A DNA stretch of 64,000 bases from Eledone cirrhosa. Its lineage: Eukaryota. Position numbers and translations under genes: made by a program. The stretch spans positions 94,364,001-94,428,000 of the forward strand of contig OZ024741.1 of the NCBI GenBank assembly GCA_964016885.1, read 5' to 3'. Positions 39,231-55,590 of the stretch are shown here, in pieces (within the stretch, counting starts at the first letter, position 1; the number at the start of each line of letters is the position of its first letter). The notes below the pieces were generated by a model. It was not told where the DNA came from. It made no database searches and saw only the letters and a list, made by a program, of their open reading frames with translations.

Positions 39231-39421
39231 AATAAACCTTTCAAGGATTTACACAAGTCCAGCCTCCTGTTATTTTATTATAATATTTAACTCCGTACTC
39301 GCACCACCAACTACACAAACGAAGACGGTTGAGCTGCTTTATGTTGAGTACTCTCCATACTATTACATCAAGATTGATCATACGGAATGACGAGCTCTAT
39401 CCAGTGGTGAATTTTCAAACC

Positions 39422-39535
<114 letters not shown>

Positions 39536-40186
39536 TGTGAGTGTGCGTGTGAATGTGAGCATGAGTGTGTATCTTTTGCTTAATCTATATAGGCGAAAGA
39601 TATAAATATTGACGAGAAAACAAAATAAAAATCGGTATTTTCGAAGCGACGTCTTTTGGCATATTTATTCCACACATAATTACAGTCACTCCCTCATCAT
39701 TCTCACCTTCAGAAATATTATAAATCAGTGAAGTCTCCTTAGAGCCCTGTAACCAAAGTTGCTAATGGGCACCAAATTGCAATATAATTAAAAACTTTTT
39801 TTTTCATCAGCAATCTGCAAGCAGTTTAAACTATACTCAAGAAATACCCGCTTTCAACAAACCTTTAATATGAAAGTACGTTGTTGAAAATATACAGTTT
39901 AACCGTGTGTCCTGAACGAGAATAAAATAACGAGACACATAAGTTGTGTTTTATCATGTGATTGAATTCAGGGATATCTATCAATGAGTGATCAACTTAT
40001 TGATTAAAAACCAGATGATATTTATTAACATGGAAAGTAGAGCTGATTAAATATAAAAATACAGTCTCAAACGATTTCCAGCTTTTTAAGTAGAGTGAGA
40101 AAGTTGTTCGTACTTTGTATGAAAACAACAACGAAAGATGAGTTTATTGTATATATATATATGTGTGTGTGTATTATACACAAATA

Positions 40187-40280
<94 letters not shown>

Positions 40281-40818
40281 TATATTTATATATATATATA
40301 TATATACATATATATATTTATATATATATATATATACATATATATATTTATATATATATATACATATATATATATACATATATACATATATACATATATA
40401 CATGTTATAGAATACCAACTACCTGTGAAGTCATTCTTTTCCTTTTTTCAAATATATATTAAACAGGAAAAATATAAACGCGAAAATATACAGAATTGTA
40501 TTTTCTTCTTTTTTAATCATACAAAACGTTTATATATTTGATTCGGCATGTGGAGCTGAATTTAATCAAATATCTTTTACCGGTTTCGACTATTATGTTC
40601 TAATATTGTGAGACATATAGCAATATTTGTTTTGTATGGTTAAAGAAAAAAGGATTTTTGATACACATCTGCACATTTCTGGCTTTATTTTCTTCCTATA
40701 ATTTTTGATTTGTATGGAACTTTGTTACTTTTTTAACTATAATATATATATATATAAATAAATATATATATATACATACATGCATGGATCAAAGCCTGGA
40801 AAGATATACAGCTTAATG

Positions 40819-40944
40819 GAAGAAGAAGAAGAAGAAGAAGAAGAAGAAGAAGAAGAAGAAGAAGAAGAAGAAGAAGAAGAAGAAGAAGAAGAAGAAGAAG
40901 AAGAAGAAGAAGAAGAAGAAGAAGAAGAAGAAGAAGAAGAAGAA
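40819..40944. repeat. (GAA)n microsatellite
   Basis: Seen directly in the sequence. Confidence 0.95.
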
Positions 40945-40949
40945 AGAGA

Positions 40950-41106
40950 GGGTGGTATTGACCCCAGTTCTGAACTGGTATTTTATTAACCTGACAGGAT
41001 GAAAGGCAAAATTGTCTGTTTAGATTTTTACTCAGAGTGCAGGGAACCAGAACGAACACAGCCAAGTATTCTGTCCGATGTTCTAACGATTACCATTTTG
41101 CCGCCA
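40950..41106 (-). mobile_element. tRNA-derived SINE, degraded
   Basis: GACCCCAGT..ACTGGTATTTT..GGATGAAAGGCAAA...CCGCC. Confidence 0.6.
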
Positions 41107-41934
41107 TATAGGATGATTAGCGACTGTGTGTTGGTGAGTTCTCTTGCATGAAATTGCATGCAATGCAAAAAATCAAAGCCATTATGAGTGATAAGTGACA
41201 AACTTCTAAACGTGAATCGAATTGTGAAATAGTTCGACAGGGAACTGAAATTGTATCCTTATGGCTGGGGCTGCGTTACAGAAGCTCACCGCAACACTAC
41301 AGTACAGTACAAATATAGTCAGGGAATATACTTGAGAATAATTTGCTTCTATCACAGATAAGGGTACACATTTTTGGGGAAAGGGGCAGTTGAATAAATC
41401 AACACAAAGATTTCACTGGTACTTATTCGACAGACAAAGGGAGAATCAAAGCTAAAAGTCAAATTTTATGAGATTTGAACATAGAACATAAAAAGACGTA
41501 GCTAAAACTCGATTCACTTTGAACTGTATGCTTCTCTACCGCATAAGGGTGACCACAATAATGCTTGTATTTCTGATAATCTTGACAATTGTTAACATAA
41601 AGAAAGACAGGTAGAAACATTATGATATAGAGGGAGAGAAGGAGTGAGAAAAAGAAAGAAGTGGCGAAGAGAATCCAGCGGAAACAGATTTGGATAGAAT
41701 AAAAGAGTTCTATTTAATTTCTTTTGAGAAAACCTTAAATTCTAAAGAAGGGGGAAATAGAAATGTTCATTATTTAGGCAAGGGTATTTGCGTGATAAGT
41801 GAAAGGGGTTGAAGCCGTATGAAGGTCTTGGGCTTGTTACATACTTTACAGCACTCTCTCACAGGTTAACAAGTTAGGAGTAGAAATGAAAAATAAGGTA
41901 AGTAATTTGGCCATACAAAAGGATGGTTACCCAC

Positions 41935-42115
41935 CTGTACATCTTTAACCGGACTGTTGGACATGTCGTAGAGAAACTTGTTAAAGAATCCGAATAAAAA
42001 GAGCCGAAATGAGAACTCTGGGTGTTTCCTTGGCGTCGCCTAATAATGGGATTTATTTGCCACTGGCACCGACTACAGCACCAATGATTTTGATTAAAGC
42101 AGACGACATGGGAAC
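41935..42115 (-). CDS. Candidate internal exon of an unknown host gene
   Basis: Pyrimidine tract plus acag| acceptor and CAG|gtgggt donor. One frame is open (SHVVCFNQNHWCCSRCQWQ...). Unique-looking sequence; no recognised domain. Confidence 0.3.
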
Positions 42116-42279
42116 CTGTTGTGAAGGAAGTCGGAGTGAAAGAGGGGTATGGCGGGAGGGGCAAGATAAAGAAAGAGAGAAAGTCAGAGATGTGAGGATC
42201 TTTGGTAAGAAAGACAGACACGATAAAATGTGAGAAGAGAGGCGAAAGAAATAGTGAAAAAAAAGAGAAAAAACTACAA

Positions 42280-42389
<110 letters not shown>

Positions 42390-42503
42390 ATGATGAAGAA
42401 TTAAAAACAAAGAGAAAGACAACAATCGAAAGACTATATTGAGGAGTTAAAAAGAGATAAAGAAAGAGAGGGAAACGTGAAAGGATATAGAAGAAAAAAA
42501 ATC

Positions 42504-42569
<66 letters not shown>

Positions 42570-42841
42570 AGGGGAAGAAAGAGGCGGAGATAGAAAAAGA
42601 AAATGGAAGACGGCGAGAGAGATATTAGAGAAGAAAATGAAGGAGGAATCTTAGTGAGAAAGAAAATACATTGATTAAAGATAAAGGAAAAGGTAGGGAA
42701 GAGGAAAGAAGGGTGAAAAGTAAACATATTGAGAAAAACAGTGAATAACAAAAACATAGCAAGATATGATAGCAGTGAAGGGAGATGAGTAGGTGACGTA
42801 TAGGAAGTTGTAAATACACGCACACACATCAAATATGTATG

Positions 42842-42873
<32 letters not shown>

Positions 42874-42967
42874 CCCATATATATATACACATATATATAT
42901 ATATATATGTGCATATATATGCATATATATATGCATATATATATGCATATATATATATGCATATCTA

Positions 42968-42999
<32 letters not shown>

Positions 43000-43000
43000 A

Positions 43001-43068
<68 letters not shown>

Positions 43069-43379
43069 GTGTGTGTGTATCTATAGGGTTATATGTATAT
43101 ATATGCATATATATATATGCATATATGTATGTATGTGCATATATATATACGCGCATACACATATATATGTGTGTGTAGGAATTAATGTATATATGTATAA
43201 ACAGGGTTAAAGACAGGCGTATTTATATCTTTTTGCTTACACCTATATATCTGTGAACGCAAATCCATATTTACATACGTACACACACACATACATACAA
43301 ACACACATACGAATGACGTACATATGTATGCTTTGGGATATATATATAGAGAGAGAGGGGTAGAAGGAAGGCGGTAGAA

Positions 43380-43430
<51 letters not shown>

Positions 43431-43528
43431 GAGAGAGAGAGGGGGGATAGATATATAGATTGCATGCATCTATGAAAACATGTATCTATGTAGACATGCA
43501 TGGACGTACATATGTTTGTATGCATGCA

Positions 43529-43533
43529 TTATC

Positions 43534-43620
<87 letters not shown>

Positions 43621-43665
43621 GCTTTATCTATCTATCTATCTATCTATGCATTATCTATCTATCTA
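43529..43665. repeat. (TATC)n microsatellite with no Tx1 insertion
   Basis: Seen directly in the sequence. Confidence 0.9.
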
Positions 43666-43848
43666 TGTATGAATGCTTGTATGAACGTATTTATGTATGT
43701 ACGCATGTATATATGTTTGCATTATGTATGTATTAATATATTGCACAGGTATTCATAAGTATAATATAAATACAGGCGCACATACACATGCTATTGCATT
43801 GTGCGTAATATATTTAGTTTTATTCATTTACGAATATTCCCATTTTTC

Positions 43849-43963
<115 letters not shown>

Positions 43964-44043
43964 TATGTGTGTTTGTGTGTGTGTTTGTGTGAGTGTGTGT
44001 ATGCGTGTGTATGTGTGTGTATTTATGTATATATATATATATG

Positions 44044-44100
<57 letters not shown>

Positions 44101-44484
44101 GCAGTATTTTAAAGAGCGGGGTGTAATCGATTGAAGGAAGGTGACGTTAATATGGAGTCAATGAATGAGTGTAAGGGTTTGTTGGTGGGTGAGTGAGTGA
44201 AAGGGTAAGTTGGAGAGTGAGTGGACGATTGCGTGAGTGAAAGAGTGAGTGAAAGAAAGAGAGGGGGGAGAAGAGTGAGGGGGGAAGAGAGGGGGAGAGG
44301 GGGATAAAGAGGGAGTGAGAGAGAGAGTATTGGGGGGAGGGTGCTTGAAGGAGTGATGTGTTTTCAGCGAGAATCAAGGTAGAGAAATGAAGGAAAAGTG
44401 TAGTAGAGTGAGAGGGTGGGGAGGGGGATAAATGTACAAAAGAAGAAGTATGTGTGTGAGGTAGAGAAAGACAGAAAGGAGAGA

Positions 44485-44544
44485 GGTGGAGAGATAGAGA
44501 GAGAGGTGGGAGAGACAATGTAAAACACTGAAAGAGGGAGCGAA

Positions 44545-44578
<34 letters not shown>

Positions 44579-44709
44579 GTAGAGAGAGAGAGCTGGAGAG
44601 ATAAATAGAGAGAGAGGTGGGAGGGACAGTGTGAAATAAAGAAAGAGAGAAAGAGATGGAAAGATAAATAGAGAGAGAGGTGGGAAGGGCAGTGTAAAAT
44701 AAAGAGAGA

Positions 44710-44760
<51 letters not shown>

Positions 44761-44805
44761 AGATAAATAGAGAGAGAGGTGGAGGAGACTGTGTAAAATA
44801 AAGAA
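44485..44805. repeat. Purine-rich degenerate minisatellite (about 4 units)
   Basis: Recurring GATAAATAGAGAGAGAGGTGGGA..GACAGTGT(G/A)AAATAAAG. Confidence 0.7.
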
Positions 44806-45024
44806 CGAGGAAGAGAGAGTTGGAGAAAGAAAGAAAGACAGGCACCGAACAAGAACAACATAAATAAATAAATAAAACTTGGTGATACGTAAACAAACAA
44901 CTAGAGATTTATAAATAAAACGAAATAAAATATATGGAGAAATTTAGATGAAAGAAAAACAATAAAAGTGAGATAGAGTGTTAATTGAAAGGAAATATTT
45001 AAATAGATTGCTTATAATAATAAT

Positions 45025-45957
45025 AATGTTGATGATAATGATGGTGATGTTGGTGATGGTGGTGGCGGTGGTGGTAGTGGTGGTGGTGGTGGTGGTGGTA
45101 GTGGTGGTGGTGGTGGTGGTGGTGTTGGTGATGATGATGGTGGTGGTTGTGGTATTGGTGGTGGTGGTATTGGTGTCGGTGGTGGTGGTGGTGGTGGTGG
45201 TGGAGGTGGTGGTGATGGTGGTGGTGGTGGTGATGGTGGTGGTGGTGGTGGTGGTGGAGGTGGTGGTGATGGTGGTGGTGGTGGTGGTGGTGGTGGTGGT
45301 GATGGTGGTGGTGGTGGTGGTGGTGGAGGTGGTGGTGATGGTGGTGGTGGTGGTGGTGGTGGTGGTGGTGATGGTGGTGGTGGTAATGATGGTGGTGGTG
45401 GTGGTGGTGGTGGTGGTGGTGGTGATGGTGGTGGTGGTGGTGGTGGTGGTGGTGGTGTTGGTTTTGGTGGTGGTGGTGGTGATGGTGGTGATGGTGGTGG
45501 TGGTGGTGGTGGTGGTGGTGGTGGTGTTGGTTTTGGTGGTGGTGGTGGTGATGGTGGTGATGGTGGTGGTGGTGGTGGTATTGGTGTTGGTGGTGGTGGT
45601 GGTGGTGTTGGTGGTGATGATGGTGGGGGTGGGGGTGATGATGATGATGATGGTGGGGGGTGGTGGTGATGATGATGATGATGGTGGGGGGTGGTGGTGA
45701 TGATGATGAAGGTGATGATGATGGTGATAATGATAATGATGATAATGGTGATGGTGATAGTGGTGATGATGATGATGATGAAGATGGTGGTGATGGGAGT
45801 GATGATAATGGTGATGGTGATGATGATGATGATGATGATGGTGATGATAGAGGATGATGGTGATCATGGTGATGGTGATGGTGATGGTGATGATGGTGGT
45901 GATGGTGATGGTGATGGTGATGATGGTGATGATGGTGATGGCGATGGTGATGATGAT
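45025..45957. repeat. (GGT)n/(GAT)n trinucleotide tract of about 930 bp
   Basis: Seen directly in the sequence. Confidence 0.95.
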
Positions 45958-46276
45958 TTTTAATACTAATCATAATGCGTTCCTTTAATGCCATCTATGG
46001 TAAATTCTGGCAGAACTTAAGTCAACATTAGAAATATGTGGTGCTTTGCAAATGCTTATATGTGCATATACAAATAAACAGAGCCGTGTGTTGGTTTGTG
46101 TGTGTGTGTGTGTGTACATGTCTGTACATGTGTGTGTCTGTGTACGTACGTGTTTATGTGTTTGGTTCTCTCTCTCTCTTTCTCTCTCTCTCTCTTCTTT
46201 CTCTCTCTCTCTCTCTCTCTTCTTTCTCTCTCTCTCTTCTTTCTCTCTCTCTGTACACACACATATATATATATAT

Positions 46277-46348
<72 letters not shown>

Positions 46349-46774
46349 ATACAAATATAGATATATATGTATATAGATATATACATATATAAACATATCT
46401 ATGTATATATATATTTATATATGTATACATATATAAATATAGATATATATGTATATAGATATATACATATATAAATTTACATGAATATATATATATATAT
46501 ACATATATATGTATATATATTATATATATGTGTGTGTGCATATATGTATGTCAATTGCATTCATGTTTCAATCTCATAGATACCTTGAATGCAATAAAAA
46601 TGAGTGGAGAATTTAGTGTAGTTATGAAAGCCAGATTATTTGAGAGTTGCAACCTTGTTCACTTGAAACATTAATTTCATCAACTCACTTGACTGCCATA
46701 AAGAACACTATAAAGATATCTAAACTAAGCTTAAATTCAAAATTATACTGACGCAATATGCAGCTTAAAATATT

Positions 46775-46817
<43 letters not shown>

Positions 46818-46952
46818 ATAGTCGACGATATTACATGTATACAATACACACACACTCACACACACACACACACACATACACATAGATATATACAAATATA
46901 TATACATATATATATATATGTGTGTGTGCATACATATTTATATACATATATA

Positions 46953-47053
<101 letters not shown>

Positions 47054-47784
47054 TTTTCAAAAGTATTCTTTCAAATTTCCGAAAGAGAATAAATTGTTAG
47101 TAAAATAAAATGGATTCCTTCGGTCTATAAAGATAAAAGAAATAAAAAGAACTCATATACCATTATTCAGGATTTAAAGACACATTATCTCAAAAGCAGA
47201 TGTACCGTTACCGGCTGTTTCTTTGAACGTAGAGTGTAACAATTTAAAGAAACATTATTTCAATACGAGACATAGCGTTATCTACTATTTCTTTACAAAA
47301 GGAAAGTGAAATTAAATGATTTAAAGCAACGTTATTTCAATACACCGAGAGACATGCTTTAATAGAAACTAAGGGTGCCTCACTCCTTGTGGTCTCACAG
47401 TACGCCGAATATTAAGTTCCCATGTAGTATAATTGGGCGTTTTGTCTGGGCCTGGTAGCTTTGGAAGGCAGCATGTGTAGAACAACTCTGAGTACAAACC
47501 ATCACTGGCCTTGAGTGCATGTCTAGAGAGGAAGGCTAAGGGAGTGACTCCCTCCCCATAGTATATCGAGTCGGAAAAGAACTTGAGGTCCACCGACGAC
47601 TCTATTCATCCCGAAGAGTGCATAATGACACAACGAATGGTTAAGAAGAGTGGTGGTTGTGTCTGAGGCTTTCCACACTCAACCATAACATTGGACAAAG
47701 GGACTGAAACTTTGATTCAAATCAGGTTATTTAGTCCCGATATTATTTGTGGAGACTTTACAACACATGTCATCCTCATTATAA

Positions 47785-48040
47785 TCATCCGGCGGCCTCA
47801 GTCGAAATGGACTCAACAATTGATCTCCACGTGGGTCTGTCGTTCATTGCCGTTGCCAAGTCCTGGATTTCAATACTAGAATCTCTGGAGATGACATCGT
47901 CGTGATAGGAGAGCTTGCGCCCCCTGTTATTAGTGACTGCTTGTGGTTTCCAAAGACACAGCCTTATAGGTAGCACGATGGCAGTGGCCAGCAAATCTAT
48001 CAGTAGATAGCTTGTATACAGGATAGAACGGCATACCTTT
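47785..48040 (-). mobile_element. RTE LINE 3' fragment
   Basis: LWKP...RGRKLSY.DVISRD..IEIQDLATAMNDR..WRSIVESISTEAAG. Confidence 0.65.
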
Positions 48041-48789
48041 CTTCGTGTGGTCTAAAGCCTAAAAATACAATATAACTAATATGTTAGAAGTCTAATATAC
48101 TGTCACACTTTTCGGTTCTCAAGAAGAACAAAAAATACTACTAAAATAAGAATATTCTTCTCAATTTTATTCCCGTCTGAAGTGATCTGCTTTCTATTTC
48201 TATAACTTCATTGTGACTACAAATAACATCTTTTTTTAAAACTGAACACTGCTGCTTCCATAACCATACAAATAACATTCTTCACTAATTTTGAAATTCT
48301 AAATTGCATTGACGAAATCTATAAAATTGAAACGCTATGTAATATTATTGAATAAACAAGAGATAGATAAACAATGTCATTATTTGTTTATTTTTCAAAT
48401 CATCTCTATCAAATATAGCGATGAAAGTATATTGTTGGAAAAATGGAAAAATAGCTTAATTCGTTCTATAAAGATAAATCAAGTATATATATATACATAC
48501 ATACACATACACACATATGTGTATATATCAAGTATATATATATACATACATACTCACACACACATATGTGTATATATATATATATATATACTCCCCCAAA
48601 TATAACAATATGTATTTGCTCATAGCTTCGTACTTACAAGCACACATACATTCTTTTACTTACATATCCTCTTAGCTTCATACGGACGTATAATAACACA
48701 CATATACTGTACCGATTATATTGTTATTTCTGTTTACCTGTTACATATATATATATATATGCAAGAGATGTCAACATGAATGGACCTGT

Positions 48790-48985
48790 TATTTTTATCT
48801 AAAGACATTTTTTCCAATTCCAACCCGCCCGACTCCTCAATCTATTTTATTTCTCATTCTTTCTTCTGATGAAGAACTAACGTCCGAAACATTAAGACCC
48901 TCTTCCTGCTATATCAAGCGTTAACCTAATATATCCCTTCCATATACTGTACCGATTGTGTTGTTATTTCTGTTTACCTTTTACA
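48790..48985 (+). mobile_element. pLTR-like fragment with an HHR at 48862-48897; tail duplicated at 48701-48744
   Basis: Reverse-complement homolog of 23001-23185. Confidence 0.7.
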
Positions 48986-49022
48986 TATTTACATATATAT
49001 ATACACACACACACACACAGAC

Positions 49023-49153
<131 letters not shown>

Positions 49154-49169
49154 CATATATACATATATA

Positions 49170-49548
49170 CAGATCTTTGGTGCCATGCAGAAGACCCGAC
49201 TACAACTGCATACAAACCTACAGTCAGTAGGCACCTCTTAACTCAATGTACACCCCACCCCCTAGACCCTACCCCATCCTCCCTTTCCCGTTCTGTCCGC
49301 TGTGTCGATAACACAACAGTCCACACTGGAAGGTGGCCGTGTAGGAGACACGGTAAAAAGGCTCCCAGTCCACACTGTAAATGTGGTTGGTGTTAGGAAG
49401 GGCACCCAGCTGTAAAAAAACTTGCCAGAGACACTTCCGTACGAGCGAGACACCGTCTCCCGACCATTTCCGCCTCAAATGGAACAAAACCGTCTAACCC
49501 ATGCTAGTGTGGAAGATGGACGTCAAACGATGATGATGATGATGATGA

Positions 49549-49551
<3 letters not shown>
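49170..49551 (+). mobile_element. RTE 3' end or derived SINE with (TGA)n tail
   Basis: Homologous to 26614-26950 (TCTAACCCATGCTA...GGACGT.AAACG-ATGATG). Confidence 0.7.
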
Positions 49552-49636
<85 letters not shown>

Positions 49637-49763
49637 GGAAGCAGAAAATTGCTTTTTGTGATCCAGTTCGTGGTTAAGAAAGCCAGTTTCATGGCTTGTT
49701 TCAACGTACGGTTAGGGGTAACTCCACAAGTTTGTAAGAATTCCGTTCAATCTTGGAGTATAA

Positions 49764-50199
49764 AGTATAAAAGAGAAAACACAGGTAAGCATTAAGAGAA
49801 GGATTTTATCCAGGTATTTACGACCGTTTCATTGGTAAGTGCAACCTTATATTGCTATACTGCAAATAGCAGCCACTCAATTATAATTGTTGTTCACAGT
49901 CCAAATTTTCAAAATAGTGAATAAGTTACTCTTGAAATAGTTCTTAATATATAGAGAAGAACATTTATTTGGAATTGTATTTACTAGTATAGAGAGAGAG
50001 GAATCAGAAGGTGAGGGGACAAACGGAATAGTATAGAGAGAGAGGAAGGGGGAATAGTTAGGAAGTAGAGTGGCAAACTGATATGGAGGGAGGGGTAGAG
50101 GTGGAAGGATTCCTTGATCAGTTTTTATATATAGACTTCATGTCGTGGAATGTAGTGGTGTTAAAGAGAATTAAATTGATCATAGTGGGAGGAATGGAT

Positions 50200-50233
<34 letters not shown>

Positions 50234-51000
50234 ATATAAAGAGATAAATATATATATAAAAAATAAAGATAAAGATAATAATGACAAAAATAAAAGCAAA
50301 GAAGGGGAGGAGGAGAAGAAAAGAAAAGATAGCCAAAAAGGGGAGGGAAGGCAGGAAGAAAACGAAGAAATAGAAGAGGAATGAAGGAGAAGGGGGATAT
50401 AGGTATTGGTTTTTGTGGGTAATTAAAAGGGTTTAGATACAACAAGAGGGTATAAAGTCTAAGTATATGCAGTTTGTCAGTTGGTAGTAAGAGGTTAAGG
50501 GTTCGATTTGCACTTGTAGTGCGAAAACTTCTCTTTGAGTCTATGGTTACAATAAATTGATCTTTCGATTTTATTGTTGAGTAACTTATTCTTCGAACTC
50601 AAGATGTGGAACAGCTCAAGGTCGCATAATCGACAGCTTCTCATACCACTCCGATATGGGGGCCCGTTCGATAATTTTTTCCACTTCAGGGTGTATTGAT
50701 GGTTTCTTTCCCTCAGTTGCCAGTTCTTGTGCGCAAGGGTAGTTACATAACGGTGCTGGGAATGTTTCTCTCTATACTAGTAAATACAATTCCAAATAAA
50801 TGTTTTTCTCTATATATTAAGAACTATTTCAAGAGTAACTTATTCACTATTTTGAAAATTTGGACGTGAACAACAATTATAATTGAGTGGCTTCTATTTG
50901 CAGTATAGCAATATAAGGTTGCACTTACCAATGAAACGGTCGTAAATACCTGGATAAAATCCTTCTCTTAATGCTTACCTGTGTTTTCTCTTTTATACTA
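49764..51000 (-). mobile_element. PLE 3' fragment (related Hydra-type family) between inverted pLTR copies of about 235 bp
   Basis: Minus 50515-50758 translates TTLAHKNWQLRE..YTLKW...YRSGMRSCRLCDLELFHIL..KNKLLN.KIERSIYCNH, homologous to 1939-2175. 49764-49998 is the reverse complement of 50767-50999. Confidence 0.85.
50848..50948 (+). ncRNA. Hammerhead variant with U3-A8 core and long stem II (mirror at about 49815-49916, minus)
   Basis: TATT-TTGAAAA-TTTGG...CCAAT-GAAA-CGGTCG-TA-AATA. Confidence 0.6.
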
Positions 51001-51122
51001 TATATATATATATATATACATACACACACACACGCTGTGTATATATATATATATATATTCGTATATACTTATACATATGCATGTTCATGTGTACATGAGT
51101 ATATGTATGGATATGTGTGAAA

Positions 51123-51192
<70 letters not shown>

Positions 51193-51539
51193 ATACATAT
51201 ATACATATTATACATATACGCACATGTGTATGTACACGAGTGTGTGTATGGGTGTGGGTGTATTTGTGTTTTGTTGAAGATACTACAGTCGAGTTAGTTT
51301 CAATTTCCTTATTACAACCTTTTCTAATAAGGCTTCTATTCTTCAGTTCATTTGTGACAAGAAAGTTAGAAGGAACCCATTAACGGACAATCCAACTGTA
51401 TTATACAGAATCCCGAACAAAATTAAGTAGCTTACCGTAGAAGCAATACGTTTAGGCAATTACATTCCAACAAAACACTTGGATTCTCATTTTACCTTCT
51501 GTATACAAACAACTTTACTTTCTCTTAAGGGATAATCCG

Positions 51540-52090
51540 CCTCGTGGTCCCAGCGGACTGAATGCCAAAAAACGTTTATTCGGTGGATGACGAGAGAGAC
51601 GCGTTGGAATATCCATTACAGCTGATAGGGATCTCTCCTGTAGGTAGCCAACTCCACCCCGATAGTAGAGAGAAGGGTTGTGGCCCAGGAGCCAAGAACG
51701 TCGGGAATCTCCACTGCCACAGGCTCGACCACAAAGCTATCGGAGAGCGAATGATATTTCGACAGTTTGGCCTCTTCGGTCTGACGAGCAGCGGAACGTG
51801 GGTTAGTCGCTGGATGCGTTAGATTGCCGTTGGAGAGGGTGTCACAACATGTAGCACCACAGATGTGAGGGCTACCACCGCAGAACGGGAAGACAGTCAT
51901 GTTGTCTGGCCTTTTACCGTCCCCTCGGTCTAGCCCACTGGCTCTTGCTGGGAAGGGAAACCTGTGGCGTTCAAGCAATACATATATCATAATTTGGCTC
52001 ATGGTGCTAGATACACAGGCAATGTACACATGGCATGAACATGTAACCTCGGGCGAGTTTAACGATCAAGCTTTAAGATTCAAATTCCGG
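51540..52090 (-). mobile_element. CRE-like non-LTR relic (restriction-like endonuclease domain)
   Basis: GLDRGDGKRPD.MTVFPF..G....AT..DT...AA...EEAKLSKY..L...F..EPVAVE. Confidence 0.7.
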
Positions 52091-52094
52091 CATG

Positions 52095-52179
<85 letters not shown>

Positions 52180-52448
52180 GTATTCGTTTATATGGATAAC
52201 ATAGAAATAACGATCCTATCCACACAAATAACTGACGCAACACTCAGACAAATTACAGATGCCACTCACATAATAGAAGATAGTCCTAGCCTGAATAGAA
52301 AACACGAGTGAAATAGTAACAACCCGTAACTTAATGACTGAAGACAGAATACAGACACAAACAAAATAATCAAAAACAGCACAACAGCAAACGATACAAA
52401 CCCCGCATACATATAAAATTCACGTAGACGTGACAAACACAAAAACAC

Positions 52449-52517
<69 letters not shown>

Positions 52518-53093
52518 CAATCGCATGCACAGACACGAAACACAAAAAAAGGTTATTTTCGTTTACGTTCTGAGTTCAAATCGCGCCGAGGTTAACTTTG
52601 CCTTTCATCCTTACGTATTTCATGGGTCTATATATTCATTCTCTCTTAGTAGTATTCTGAAATGAACGTACTAATTTACATATAATTAGCTCTTGTATTT
52701 GGTAGTTAATTAAGATATTTTAACACTAACTTAAACTTAACTGTAAATTCTAAATTTAAGCCCTAATCCTCTACAAACTGTTGTGGAGTTGAGTAGTCAC
52801 TTTCATATTACATTCATACCTGAATGTAATATATTAACTGTATATCGCTAATCCAAGTCTCGCTTCTACATTTCCTATGTTTTCACTCTTTACTTCATTT
52901 TCTATCAATATTTCTTCACCCCTACACCGTTCTGTCATTCTCTCGTCATTCATGACTAGATATGAATATTTTTTTATTATTCATGTGTGTTTTGCATGTG
53001 TACGTGTGTTTGTTGTTGTTATGTGTGAATGCATCCGTTCTTTATTAACGACTGCAATTGACGTTTCTTTATATTGCGTAATATATAAATAAG

Positions 53094-53136
<43 letters not shown>

Positions 53137-53657
53137 CTGCCAACCTCTAAAAACCCAGACGAGGAGTACCATGAAAAAAAGTGCCCAAAATGGGGAGAAA
53201 TGAGGCAAAATGGGGAGATTTTACATAATGAAATCTATACCCATTTTGTCACATCACATGTCTGACGAGCAGATCGATACTGGAGTCGGGTTCTATGGGT
53301 TACCTTGGGCCAATCCTCTGCAAAACGCGTGTAACAGGTCGATACACAAATATTGTTCATTTGTAAACGAAACTTCCTCGTTTTTTCTATTATACACACT
53401 CTGTCTGCAGCTAGTTCCAGACTGAGTCTGGAACTAGGTGTTCAAACGGCAAGAGCTCAGCCGTCGAGCCTCTACTCGTTATAATATAGCCATGCTATCC
53501 TATCCCACGTATCTAGTACTCTGTTGAGTAATGGTCTAACTAGTTTCAAACTGGTTCTATATACAGAAGCATGGAGCTAATGTTGGTTTAGAAATCTAAT
53601 ACGAAATCTGTTCTTGCCTATTTTCGAAAATAAGAATCAGATAGAAATAATTAATAT

Positions 53658-53830
53658 AATTGTTTCTAGTTTAGGCACAAGGCCAGCAATTACCCAGTAC
53701 ATTACTGGTACTTTATTTTATCGACCCCGTAAGGATGAAAGGCAAAGTTAACCTCGGCGGGATTTGAACTCAGATCATAAAGGGACGTAACTCTATGCTT
53801 CAAAGCATGGTGTCCGACTCACTACCGATA
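53658..53830 (-). mobile_element. tRNA-derived SINE
   Basis: Close match to 16133-16322. Confidence 0.8.
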
Positions 53831-53904
53831 ATTAATATAATGACCAGTCAGTCTAGTTGACATTGGCAGCTACTCAACGTATTTCGGAGGTCAGCGTTCA
53901 GATA

Positions 53905-55590
<1,686 letters not shown>

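Larger units (their letters stand above)
38836..39311. mobile_element. Near-perfect fold-back palindrome (arms about 234 bp) with a complete HHR on each strand
   Basis: The arms differ at only a few positions; the loop is at about 39070-39078. HHRs lie at 38918-38975 (-) and 39173-39230 (+). Confidence 0.9.

Noticed and set aside
40570-40620. GAAACCGGTA half-hammerhead on the minus strand
   Set aside because: No CUGANGA-type partner could be found upstream.
40733-41065. Poly-Glu and poly-Leu ORFs
   Set aside because: They come from a pure (GAA)n microsatellite next to a SINE.
44944-45994. Long poly-His, poly-Thr and poly-Val ORFs
   Set aside because: They are translations of a (GGT/GAT)n tract that is open in several frames, with no splice or domain evidence.
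47369-47710. GC-richer island as an exon
   Set aside because: No recognisable protein or clear splice pair. It sits next to an RTE fragment and is more likely a retroelement UTR.
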